Assembly: GCA_023436175.1 (NCBI GenBank)
Contig: JAEZKE010000140.1
Span: 464-64,463 of the forward strand
Direction of reading: 5' to 3'
DNA length: 64,000 bases
DNA from: Methanobacteriota archaeon
GTDB lineage: Archaea; Methanobacteriota; Methanobacteria; Methanobacteriales; Methanobacteriaceae
Below are positions 53,811-63,539 of this stretch, one piece after another. The notes under the pieces are model-generated. The model did no database searches and had not been told where the DNA came from. It was given only the letters and a program-made list of their open reading frames with translations. Within the stretch, counting starts at the first letter, position 1, and every line of letters begins with the position of its first letter. Position numbers and translations under genes: made by a program.

Positions 53811-54758
53811 TTATATTACATAAAGTAGGTAACAATTGATTAAAATAAGAGTCAAAAGAATTGCTGCAAGATTGTATATACAATATTTAGTTGCGGATTC
53901 TTTATCTAAAGGCATTTTTATTACTTCAATAATCCCTAAACTAAGTGGAATTAATGAAATTAGTGTAAGTATTCTAAAATCAATAACTGGAGGAAATAAG
54001 TTCATAAAAGAAAGACTAAGAAATGAAATCGTAGCAAATAATCCTGAAATTGCTATGAGCTTAAAACCAAAATTACGGCCTTTAGTAGCAATCCATGTCA
54101 TTTTACCTGCTAATCTATCTCCTTCCATATCTGGAATCTCTACACTGCAAGTAAATAGCAATTGTAGAAATACTAGTGGAATTACAAATATTAGGAAAGA
54201 AATATCTATTGTTCCCATTAAAGCAAAATATCCTAAACCTGGAAATAATAGCCCAATAGCCGTATTTCCAAATTCTCCGAGCCCCCTATATGATAATTTA
54301 ACTGGAGGAGCAGCGTAAAACCATGCTAAAAGATTGGAAAATATAACATATACAAAGAACCATATTGTATATGAGTAAACAACAGTTAAAACCGCTGCAA
54401 TAATAATGGATAGTCCTATAAATATAATTCCTATTTTTTTAGATAATGATCTCCATTCTGGATGTTCTATTAAGACTCCACTACCCCCTGAAATTGGCGT
54501 TGGAGTAACATAATGGTCTGCTTTAAAATCAAAATAATCATTATGATAATGGATTGCCCATGTGGAAAAGAAAATAATTGCATATCCTAATATAAATTTA
54601 GTTAAAACAAACTGTGCATTGAATAAAACAGCAAGCAATGCACCAATAGAGAAATAAAAGAATAAAAATATTGCAAAATGAGGTTTTCCTAATTTAATAA
54701 GTTTATAAATATTCCCCTGATTGTAATTAACATTTAACATATCTATTATTATATTCAT
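53811..54758 (-). CDS. MenA-like UbiA prenyltransferase (tandem paralog)
   Basis: NDYFD, SGGSG, YAAPP, EIPDMEGD. Confidence 0.88.
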   Translation of the reverse strand: MNIIIDMLNVNYNQGNIYKLIKLGKPHFAIFLFFYFSIGALLAVLFNAQFVLTKFILGYAIIFFSTWAIHYHNDYFDFKADHYVTPTPISGGSGVLIEHPEWRSLSKKIGIIFIGLSIIIAAVLTVVYSYTIWFFVYVIFSNLLAWFYAAPPVKLSYRGLGEFGNTAIGLLFPGLGYFALMGTIDISFLIFVIPLVFLQLLFTCSVEIPDMEGDRLAGKMTWIATKGRNFGFKLIAISGLFATISFLSLSFMNLFPPVIDFRILTLISLIPLSLGIIEVIKMPLDKESATKYCIYNLAAILLTLILINCYLLYVI

Positions 54759-55074
54759 TCAATCTTAAATTAATTTAGGATAAATCTAAAATTAATTTTT
54801 AATTAAAAAGTTTTCAAGAGGTATATCATTACTTAATAACAATAATAGAAGTAATAGATAGATAAATTATTAAATGCAAAATTAAATAGTAATTTTTTCT
54901 TTTTATTCATTTAATATAATCCTATTTTCAGAATTAGAATTAATATACCTCAATAAAATAAACAATTCCATTCTATTTAAGAGTATTCCTCATAAAATTT
55001 CAATTTATTTACAATAGGTGATTAACATATATTAAGAAATACAATAAAATCTTAGGATGAAGTTTGAGGAGCTT

Positions 55075-55152
55075 ATGGTAACATATAGGTGCAATGTTTG
55101 TAATTAGATTTATGATGAGGAAAAAGAGCATGAAGCTAAGGTGGAATCATGA
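55075..55152 (+). pseudogene. Rubredoxin N-terminal relic
   Basis: GAGGAG RBS, then MVTYRCNVCN*IYDEEKE.. with TAG where rubredoxins have Tyr. Confidence 0.55.
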
Positions 55153-56618
55153 ATAACATTGAAAATTCCGAAGAAAATAGAAACAGATGCATATGTCCTG
55201 GATGTCCCAGTTATCCCCACAATTGTGATGGAGAACTCCTTTATTGTGCTGCGGGTAAAAGTGATTCAGAAATACATGAAAAAGGATGCATATGTTTTTT
55301 ATGTCCTGTTTTTAATGAGAATAAGTTGAATGATTTATATCTATGCGGTAAAGAAAGCATAAGTGAAGCTAATTTATTTATGCGTAGCAAAAAGCATGAT
55401 GAAACTGATTCATTCTACCAGTCTATGGTAAACATTAAATATATGAGTTCTATTGGTTCCAGCATAGTGAGTTCTATGGGTTCACGAAAAAATTTAACAT
55501 TCACCTGGGATGATTTGCAGTTTTTACCGGCACAAGTTTATCATATACCTCTAAATGTAGAAGAAAAGGTTAATAATCAAGTAATTATAGGTCCTTCAGC
55601 CCGCAAACCTTTGACTATATCTTCACCAATTATGATATCAGCTGTTAGTTTTGGTGCAGTTTCAACTAAAGTGAAGACCATTATATCTGAAGTTTCTTCT
55701 AAAATGGGGATGGCCTTCAATACAGGAGAAGGAGGTGTTCTTAAAGAAGATTTTGAAAATATATCTAATAATATCATTATACAGTATTCAACTGGCCGTT
55801 TTGGTATTAATGCAGAGATATTAAAAAAAGCCTCAGCTATTGAAATTAGGTTTGGTCAAGGTGCATATCCCGGTAAAGGGAGCTATCTTCCTGCAAGTAA
55901 GATAACACCTGAAATTGCAGAGGTTAGAAATTTAGAACATGGCGAAGCCGCATATTCACCAGCTCATCATCCAGATATGCGCACGCCAGAAGAAATAAAG
56001 GAAAAAATTTCTTCACTTAGAAAAATAAGTGATGGCGTTCCTATTGGGGCTAAAATTGGTTGTGGAAAAGTAGAAAAAGATATTGAAATACTTGTTGAGG
56101 CAGGAGTGGATTTCATATCTCTTGATGGATTTGGCGGAGGTACTGGTGCTACAGATTTATATGTAAGAGAAAATGTAGGCATGCCACTAATAGCTGCACT
56201 TCCAAGGGCTTTTCGTTATCTAAATGAACTTGATGTTAAAGACAATATTTCATTAATAGCAGGGGGCGGTCTTAGAACATCTGCAGATTTTGCTAAATGC
56301 TTAGCTTTAGGAGCTGATGCAGTTTATATAGCGACCGCTGCTTTAATCGCGATTAACTGTGAACAATATAGAATTTGCCATACTGGAAAGTGTCCACAGG
56401 GCATAACAACCAATAATCCTTCTCTTTTAAAAATGCTTGACATAGATGAAGGTAAAAAGAAGTTGACTAACTTCTTGAGAGTATCCACGGAAGAAGTAGC
56501 AAATTTGTGTCGTATTGTTGGAAAAGATGATATTAATAAATTGAATATAAATGACCTTACATCTTTAAATAGAGAATTATCCATGATTACAAAAGTTAAA
56601 TGGTTAGATGAATTCTAA
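55149..56618 (+). CDS. FMN-binding glutamate-synthase-family protein with N-terminal Cys-rich DUF2769-like domain
   Basis: NTGEGG, GQGA.PG.G..LP, DG..GGTGA, C..CH.G.CP; N-terminal CICPGCPSY..C..CPV. Confidence 0.85.
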   Translation: MNNIENSEENRNRCICPGCPSYPHNCDGELLYCAAGKSDSEIHEKGCICFLCPVFNENKLNDLYLCGKESISEANLFMRSKKHDETDSFYQSMVNIKYMSSIGSSIVSSMGSRKNLTFTWDDLQFLPAQVYHIPLNVEEKVNNQVIIGPSARKPLTISSPIMISAVSFGAVSTKVKTIISEVSSKMGMAFNTGEGGVLKEDFENISNNIIIQYSTGRFGINAEILKKASAIEIRFGQGAYPGKGSYLPASKITPEIAEVRNLEHGEAAYSPAHHPDMRTPEEIKEKISSLRKISDGVPIGAKIGCGKVEKDIEILVEAGVDFISLDGFGGGTGATDLYVRENVGMPLIAALPRAFRYLNELDVKDNISLIAGGGLRTSADFAKCLALGADAVYIATAALIAINCEQYRICHTGKCPQGITTNNPSLLKMLDIDEGKKKLTNFLRVSTEEVANLCRIVGKDDINKLNINDLTSLNRELSMITKVKWLDEF

Positions 56619-56763
56619 ATCAATTTAAAAATGGAATGTACCACGAAAAGTATATAAAAGATATAATAATTTCTAAATCTGTCAAACACTCATTAATTTA
56701 GGGGAATATTTAAATTCTCGGCAATATAATATTATTGATTATAAAAAAGTATGTGGTGATGGG

Positions 56764-57069
56764 ATGAAAGTTGAATTCAATATGGAAAACATAAAGAAAT
56801 GTATATGCGACACCTGTCCTGTACAAAAAGATAGCCAGTGTGCACAGAATAAAGAGATGAAAATTCAGGAAATGATGCCCATAATGGAAGATAAGATGCC
56901 TCAGCCCGAAATGGTTCCTAGAGTGTACTGCGCCACTGGAAAAGCCATATGTGATGATATTGATACAAATAAAATGTGTCAATGTGCTACTTGTCCTGTT
57001 TGGAAAGAAAATCAACTGGCTAGTGGAGAACCTATGGGTTATTTCTGCAGAGACGGAGAAGCACAATAA
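56764..57069 (+). CDS. DUF2769-like Cys-rich protein
   Basis: CICDTCPV..C..YC..G..C..CQCATCPV..YFC. Confidence 0.8.
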   Translation: MKVEFNMENIKKCICDTCPVQKDSQCAQNKEMKIQEMMPIMEDKMPQPEMVPRVYCATGKAICDDIDTNKMCQCATCPVWKENQLASGEPMGYFCRDGEAQ

Positions 57070-57330
57070 TCACTTTTTGTTTTCTTTCAATAAATATTCT
57101 GATTTTTTTTGACCCCTTTTAGTAGTTGTGCCCTAAGTGAAGGGTAAAAGGGACTGATTATGTTGAAAAGGAGATGAATGAACTTATTGATTTTACCATT
57201 CAAGATTGAATTTTATAATAATAAGTTTGATACATCATTTTCCTTTTCTTCAGTTATGAGTTTTTATTTTAAGATAAATAATACAAACTCTTAATCTTCA
57301 GGGCAATTATTATTCATATGTACTAACTAT

Positions 57331-58152
57331 TTATTTTATACCCAAAACATCCCCCATATCACTTATTTTACCCTCAGGAGTTTCAACAACATACCTCACT
57401 GCTTTAATTACTCCTTTTACAAATGCCTGTCTGCTGTGTGCTCTATGGACAATTTCAATTCGTTCTCCTTCGCCTGCAAAAAGTACAGTGTGGTCCCCAA
57501 CAATATCTCCACCACGAACAGCATGAATCCCTATTTCTCCTTCTCCTCGTGCACCTACCATTCCCTGTCTGCCATATACACATGTTTCATCTTTAGTTCT
57601 TCCAAGTGCCTCAGCTATAATTTCATAAGCTTTAACAGCTGTTCCTGATGGTGCATCAGCTTTATTCTTGTGGTGAGCTTCTATTATCTCAATATTATAA
57701 TCATTGAGAATCTTTGCAAGATCCTGTACGATTTTAAAGAATACATTCACACCTACCGCCATATTTGGAGAAATAACTGCATTAACCTTACTATCTCGGA
57801 TGAATTTTTTTATCAATGCTATCTGCTCGTCTGAAAATCCAGTTGTACCTACAACCACATTAACTCCGCATTCTGCGGCAGTTTTGATTGTATTCACAGC
57901 TGCATCTGCTATGGTAAAATCAACGAGGACATCTGGTTTTTTTTCATTTAAAACTTCAGCAAGCTTTTGCGCACTACTAACTGGAACTCCAATATTTCCC
58001 ACACCTGTTACCTCTCCAACATCCTTTCCTTCAAGTGGAGTATCTGGCGATCCTATAGCTGCCGCCAGTTCCATATCTTCCTGTTCAAGTACAGCTTTAA
58101 TTATTTTAGAACTTATTCTCCCGCCTGCGCCTGTTACAGCCACTTTAATCAT
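57331..58152 (-). CDS. dapB: 4-hydroxy-tetrahydrodipicolinate reductase
   Basis: DFT, VGTTG, EAHH..K.DAPSGTA, R.G..VG.H. Confidence 0.95.
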   Translation of the reverse strand: MIKVAVTGAGGRISSKIIKAVLEQEDMELAAAIGSPDTPLEGKDVGEVTGVGNIGVPVSSAQKLAEVLNEKKPDVLVDFTIADAAVNTIKTAAECGVNVVVGTTGFSDEQIALIKKFIRDSKVNAVISPNMAVGVNVFFKIVQDLAKILNDYNIEIIEAHHKNKADAPSGTAVKAYEIIAEALGRTKDETCVYGRQGMVGARGEGEIGIHAVRGGDIVGDHTVLFAGEGERIEIVHRAHSRQAFVKGVIKAVRYVVETPEGKISDMGDVLGIK

Positions 58153-58312
58153 TTTATTACCTCTAATTAATTCAAATTAAACGGAATTTTTCTTCAGTTT
58201 CATCCATTATCTTTACTTTTACTTTTTAATTATAAATTTAACATTTACCCTTAATTACATGTTATTTTAATTGATTTCCAGTATTTTTAAGATTACATAA
58301 TCACTGAAAAAA

Positions 58313-59794
58313 TTATTTTACTTTTTCTATTCCTCCTTCCAAAACTTCTTTTTTAGTTACAGGTGCATCTCCACCTAAAGGTATTTCTTCAAGGAAAAAA
58401 GCAACAATCAGGCCCACAAATGCCAGTACCATTGCTGCAAGAAAAATATTCTGGATAGAAAGTACTAAAGCTTGAGTTTTGCTCAAAGTAACTGTAATTG
58501 AACTTCCTAAAGTGAAATTCATTATATACCCAAACACTGGAACGAATATTATGGTACCTATATTTCTAAAAAACCGCATTGAAGCTGTTACAATACCTAT
58601 ATCCCTCAGTGTAAATGCATTCTGCACCGCCACATTGAATATATTATATGCCATTCCTGATCCAATACCAAGAATAGTTGAGTATGCAACCAGTTCGTAA
58701 GGAGACGTGCTAGCATTCATTGTAGCGAGAAGCACGACACCAATTCCAGTTATAATAAATTCAGCAATTACCAGATTTTTATATTTCCCTGTCACGGATA
58801 TGATTTGTCCAGTAATTATCGAGACCATTGTAAGGCTTAAGGACATGGGGATCATAAGGAACCCTGCATTTGTAGCGCTCATCCCTAAAACACCCTGTGC
58901 AAATAATGGAACGTAAATTACCCCGCTAAACATCAGTGCACTTGCCAGAAAGCTTTCTATTGCAGACACTGAAAATATTGAATTTTTAAAGAGACGAAGC
59001 GGTAAAACAGGCTCTACAGCTTTTTTCTCAGCCAAGAGGAACAATATAAACATGACTCCCGAAAATACAAGAAGTCCGGCTATCTCATTTAATGGGTATT
59101 TATTTAGATCTCCTGCAAATGTTACTGCCAGGAAAAGTCCAATTAAAGCTAATGTAAATGTAATGATCCCTGTATAGTCAGTGACCTTTTTAATACCATC
59201 CAACTTGAAATTTGGAAGCGAATAAAGAATCAGTGCTACAGCAGTTATCCCAACAGGAACATTTACAAAGAATACTCCCCTCCATCCTAAGTTATCTGTG
59301 ATTACACCCCCAAGAATCGGCCCTAAAACATCTGCTAGTCCAAATACTGAAGCAAGTATTCCCATATATTTGGCCCTTTCTCTTGGAGCGAAAATTTCTC
59401 CAACCACAATAAATGGGAGCGATATTAAAATTCCGCCCCCAATTCCCTGAAGCCCCCTGAATATAATCAATTCCAGCATACTAGTTGCAAAGCCGCACAT
59501 GACTGAAGTTATGATAAATAAGATGATTCCAGCAGTTAAAACATGTTTTCTACCGTAAATATCTGACAATTTACCAAAAATGATTAGTGCAATGGTGGAT
59601 GTCAACATGTAAAATGTAAAGGGCCACACATAGTATTCCATGCCCTGCAGGCTGTTAATAACTTTTGGCATGGCTGTGGCCATAATTGAATAATCAAAGG
59701 CAGCTACAAGAAGCCCGGCCATAAGTCCAGCCATGATCATAATTATTTTATCTTTAGCAAGGTTGTAATGGCGTTCATAATTCATAATTATCAC
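58313..59794 (-). CDS. MFS drug transporter (DHA2/MDR)
   Basis: GKLSDIYGRK; FRGLQGIGGG; ~14 TM helices. Confidence 0.92.
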   Translation of the reverse strand: MIIMNYERHYNLAKDKIIMIMAGLMAGLLVAAFDYSIMATAMPKVINSLQGMEYYVWPFTFYMLTSTIALIIFGKLSDIYGRKHVLTAGIILFIITSVMCGFATSMLELIIFRGLQGIGGGILISLPFIVVGEIFAPRERAKYMGILASVFGLADVLGPILGGVITDNLGWRGVFFVNVPVGITAVALILYSLPNFKLDGIKKVTDYTGIITFTLALIGLFLAVTFAGDLNKYPLNEIAGLLVFSGVMFILFLLAEKKAVEPVLPLRLFKNSIFSVSAIESFLASALMFSGVIYVPLFAQGVLGMSATNAGFLMIPMSLSLTMVSIITGQIISVTGKYKNLVIAEFIITGIGVVLLATMNASTSPYELVAYSTILGIGSGMAYNIFNVAVQNAFTLRDIGIVTASMRFFRNIGTIIFVPVFGYIMNFTLGSSITVTLSKTQALVLSIQNIFLAAMVLAFVGLIVAFFLEEIPLGGDAPVTKKEVLEGGIEKVK

Positions 59795-59887
59795 ATGCGG
59801 TCCTTTTTTTAAAGATATTCTTTTAACATTCTTTAACGGTTCATTGAGGTGTTTAATTATTTTAACACATTATTTTTCCAAAAAAGG

Positions 59888-60574
59888 TTATTCTTCCTTA
59901 AAGAACATTTTAGTCCGCATTTCCCCCAAATTAGAAACTATACGGGACAGGTCGCTTCCAGGGATACTGACCATAATTTTTTCTTGATTGATATCCATAT
60001 TTTTCCTTGCTGCAGCGTCACCAAATCCATAAGTGACTTTTCCAGTCATGTAAGGTGTTGCAGCCATTGAACTGCATACAGGAACTGCATCAGTGCCCAG
60101 CCCATGTTTTCCTGAATCATATGCATTTGCATGGAGTATTTCCATTCCCTGTTTTGCGCTGCAGAGTATGAATATTACATCTGGTTCAAATTCTGCCTTA
60201 TTGAGGGGAGCGAAAACAATTGCACTGAAAATTCCAGGGTTTATATATGTTTCATTTTCCCTTGAGCGCTGCACTGCGGGAATATTTTTGTATAATCCAT
60301 TTGGAACCATAAATGCACCGCTTTGTACATTTGCAGGGTATTCTCTCATGTCTTTAAGTCCAGAATATCTTGCACCGCCCATACATTCTTCCTCTTCCAG
60401 TGTAGAATAAAATATTTCGCCGTCCATGGCTTTTACAAGCTTGGAACAAAATCTGGATTTACCTTCTTCTTTATCAACATTTCTCGGCTCGTTTACTGAC
60501 CATTTTATGGCCACGGGTTCATTTTCCAATTTTAAAAGTTCATTTAATTTTTCTCCCAATTCGTTGTAATCCAT
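59888..60574 (-). CDS. DUF169 (COG2043) protein
   Basis: EPVAIK, RFC, C.GG, VCS; GAGGTG RBS before ATG 60574. Confidence 0.82.
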   Translation of the reverse strand: MDYNELGEKLNELLKLENEPVAIKWSVNEPRNVDKEEGKSRFCSKLVKAMDGEIFYSTLEEEECMGGARYSGLKDMREYPANVQSGAFMVPNGLYKNIPAVQRSRENETYINPGIFSAIVFAPLNKAEFEPDVIFILCSAKQGMEILHANAYDSGKHGLGTDAVPVCSSMAATPYMTGKVTYGFGDAAARKNMDINQEKIMVSIPGSDLSRIVSNLGEMRTKMFFKEE

Positions 60575-60726
60575 ATTTAACACCTCTTTACTAAAATAAC
60601 TCACATATCATAACTTAAAATTTAATTTTTTATTTTTTAGGGCATTTTAATTTAAAAATTGCATTACAGCTTGATTTTTTACAGAAATTTCATGCCTTCT
60701 TACAATCTTGCGGCTAATTCCTTCCA

Positions 60727-61371
60727 TTATTTCCTTAACATGTGGAGAAAAAAATCTCCTATATCACTGGTAAATTTCTCCCCATTAATTCCCCTGCTTT
60801 CAAGCATCTCCTTAGCCCAGTCACCCATGTTCACCTTACCGTTGAAGATCACAGATAAAAGAATTGCAGCTTCTACAGGGTCCACGTCTGGTCTGATTTC
60901 ACCATCGTCTATACCTTTTTGTATGGAATCTATTCCTACAGACATTATTTCTTTGAATAAATCCCTTACTTCCTGGAACTCTTCACTGCTGTTCATTTTG
61001 TCCATATCAAACTGTTTTTTAATTGATGTGGGGGAGTACAGCAGCCTGAAGTAATCAGGATATTCGGTCAAAAACTCCCTGTTTGCATTTCCATAAGCTA
61101 TAAACTTTTCTAAACCAGTATTCCCTTTTTCAACCTCTTCTTTAATCATTTGATCCCAAATTCGGATTCCGCGTAAGACTATGGCAAAGTACAGTGATTC
61201 TTTATTTTTAAAATAAAGGTAAAGTGTACTTTTACCAAGCCCCACTTCTCTTGCTATTTCATCCATAGAAACTTCATCAAAGTCCCTATCAATTAACAGC
61301 TTTCTAGCAGCATCTATGATATCATTTTGACGCTGTTCCCTTTCTCTTTCCTTCCATTTTGCAAGTGACAT
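60727..61371 (-). CDS. TetR-family regulator
   Basis: SMDEIAREVGLGKSTLYLYFKNKE HTH. Confidence 0.93.
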   Translation of the reverse strand: MSLAKWKEREREQRQNDIIDAARKLLIDRDFDEVSMDEIAREVGLGKSTLYLYFKNKESLYFAIVLRGIRIWDQMIKEEVEKGNTGLEKFIAYGNANREFLTEYPDYFRLLYSPTSIKKQFDMDKMNSSEEFQEVRDLFKEIMSVGIDSIQKGIDDGEIRPDVDPVEAAILLSVIFNGKVNMGDWAKEMLESRGINGEKFTSDIGDFFLHMLRK

Positions 61372-61393
61372 ATCATTTCACCCATATCTATCA

Positions 61394-61447
61394 TGACTAC
61401 TAAATCATATTAATGACTTATGAGTCAGTAATATAACTTGTGAGTCT
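61394..61447. promoter_or_regulatory. Three TetR-type operator repeats with 20-bp period
   Basis: TGACTACTAAATCA (61394), TGACTTATGAGTCA (61414), TAACTTGTGAGTCT (61434), between TATA box and start codon. Confidence 0.6.
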
Positions 61448-61641
61448 AAGACTATATAAAGGTTTTGGTTTAAAATAAAATTTTTAATGCAATTCAAAGA
61501 GTATTTAAAAAAATAATATGCAATGTGGATCAGACAACACTATTCACCACATATAGAATTACCTCAATAAATAGCATATTGTACTCATTTAGAAAAAGCT
61601 GCTCTCTTTCAATTTCTACAAAATATAAAGAATTCACCTAT

Positions 61642-62832
61642 TCAAATACTTCTAAAAGGAAAAACGCCCTTTTCTTCATATTCTTTTTTAAGCCAAGCTT
61701 TTAAAATAGGTTCCGAAATAGTGTAAGATCCTTCTTTTGATTCTATTAAATCTAATTTCTGTAATTTATTTAGAGGTTTACTTAATGAACCCGGCGTTAT
61801 ATCCAATTTAATTGCTATATCTTTTCTTTTAAGGGGATCATCAATGAGTGTTGTTATGATATTTTGCTCTTGTAAGGTTAACCTACTCCACCCGTTTATT
61901 AAATGAACTGCAATCATAGGTAATGTCCTTCGAAATTCATCTTTTATTTTGTTTTCATCTAATGGAACATTTTTTTGAAGTAATTTTGCAAACGTATTTA
62001 CATAAAAAGGTATTCCATTTGTACATTTGTAAAATCTTTCAAATCCACTACCCTCAAAATTTAGAGAAGGTAATCTCTCACTTAGATAATTACGCACAGT
62101 TTCTTCAGTAAATGGTTGTATTTCTATATTTAACATTCTGCCCCCGAAAGCGCCATTTCTACCTGCTATTTGTTCAATAATAGAATCTCTAGAATTTACA
62201 GATCCAGAAAAAACATAAGCTACATTTTTCTGATTTTGAATTACACTTCTAAGGAACCATAAAAATGTATCCAATCGATCACTCAAGTCCTTAATGACCT
62301 GAAATTCATCAATAATCAGAATAGCTCCTTTAATTTTATCCGAATGATCTTCGTAAATTAGCTGTGGTAACTCTAAGACAAATTTTGAAAGCTTTTTATA
62401 ATCATCTTCTGCTTTAGGTATAGGTACAGGATACCCTCCAGCATCTACAAATTCATTTATTCCAAAGTTTTTTGTTTGGAAATACTTTTTTACCTTTTTG
62501 AATACTGTAACAAATCCTTTATTTTTACATGATTCCATCCAGCATTCATAAAAGTGTATCATTATACCCATTTCAGTTAATTTACCCATTTGATAACCCG
62601 ATGTAGCAGATAAATCAACATAACAAATTAAATAATCATTTTCAAGTTCTTTTTTTATTTTTTTGAGTAAAACCGTCTTCCCTACTCCCCTAATTCCAGC
62701 TATCATAATTGTTGGAGCAGAGCCAGTAGAAGTTGATTCTAATATAGCTTTTATTAATGAAATATCCCTTTCTCGATTATAGAATTGCTCATCGGTTAAC
62801 TCGGCATCAGTTCCCCATGCTAAATCTTCCAT
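61642..62832 (-). CDS. Archaeal ATPase (AP-ATPase/ATPase_2) with C-terminal wHTH
   Basis: FYNRE.., GIRGVGKT, IIDEFQ, FSGS, G.PFY. Confidence 0.88.
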   Translation of the reverse strand: MEDLAWGTDAELTDEQFYNRERDISLIKAILESTSTGSAPTIMIAGIRGVGKTVLLKKIKKELENDYLICYVDLSATSGYQMGKLTEMGIMIHFYECWMESCKNKGFVTVFKKVKKYFQTKNFGINEFVDAGGYPVPIPKAEDDYKKLSKFVLELPQLIYEDHSDKIKGAILIIDEFQVIKDLSDRLDTFLWFLRSVIQNQKNVAYVFSGSVNSRDSIIEQIAGRNGAFGGRMLNIEIQPFTEETVRNYLSERLPSLNFEGSGFERFYKCTNGIPFYVNTFAKLLQKNVPLDENKIKDEFRRTLPMIAVHLINGWSRLTLQEQNIITTLIDDPLKRKDIAIKLDITPGSLSKPLNKLQKLDLIESKEGSYTISEPILKAWLKKEYEEKGVFPFRSI

Positions 62833-62961
62833 TCAATCACCTGAATATATAATCTATTTTGCAATATGTATTCTATTTTAGATCATATAGTATATATATT
62901 GTGTTTTGCAATATAAATTCCATCTTAGATCACATATTAAAAGTAGGAATAACTTTCAAGC

Positions 62962-63003
62962 CAGCCCATGTAATCCGCGTACTCCTCTTGGCAGCATGGG
63001 CTG
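62962..63003. ncRNA. GC-rich hairpin, candidate small RNA
   Basis: Perfect 9-bp IR CAGCCCATG/CATGGGCTG around a 24-nt loop. Confidence 0.35.
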
Positions 63004-63539
63004 AATTTATTTTAAATTAAACAAATCTTTTAAAATTATTATTGCTTTTTAGCTGCCATAAAATTAATATTATTTTTATGAAGTCTGATCCAGTTAAAAT
63101 AGATTACATAAATTCTTAATATTAAGGCCGATTTTTACTCATAGCATATTTTAGTTAAAAGCATTAATTATTAGTATATTCAAAAATTCATCCATTCCTT
63201 TTGTTATTGTTTCTAATTTATTAATAGGTGCTTTAAATTCTTTTGTTTTAATACTAACCAATTAAATAAATTAGCCTCTCTTTGTGAAATATTCATTAAT
63301 AATATTTATTAAAGAAAGTAGAATTTTATCGGTGCATCTTCTACTTGACTTTATAACTCCTAAAATAATCCCAGTTATAATAACTGTAAAAGATATCCAA
63401 TTTCTATTCAATATTACCCTGATATTGTCCTTTTCAAATATAGTTCATTAATAATTCTCTATCTTAAAACCTGTACTGTCATTAACGCTTAATGTATCTA
63501 GAATTTAATTTTATATTCTGTAAAATTTAATTTTGTTTC

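Noticed and set aside
55105..55107. In-frame TAG as possible pyrrolysine codon
   Set aside because: It replaces a conserved Tyr by one substitution, the frame ends soon after without a second CxxC, and Pyl is not expected in Methanobacterium
3813..61054. Many antisense or overlapping ORFs in the track (e.g. 3813-4337, 14168-14665, 23895-24347, 28212-28694, 53836-54318, 57704-58180, 60659-61054)
   Set aside because: They lie opposite or inside well-supported genes and show no recognisable motifs; typical shadow frames
63170..63450. Short hydrophobic - strand frames downstream of the M23 gene
   Set aside because: Under 50 codons, no RBS or recognisable similarity; cannot be supported
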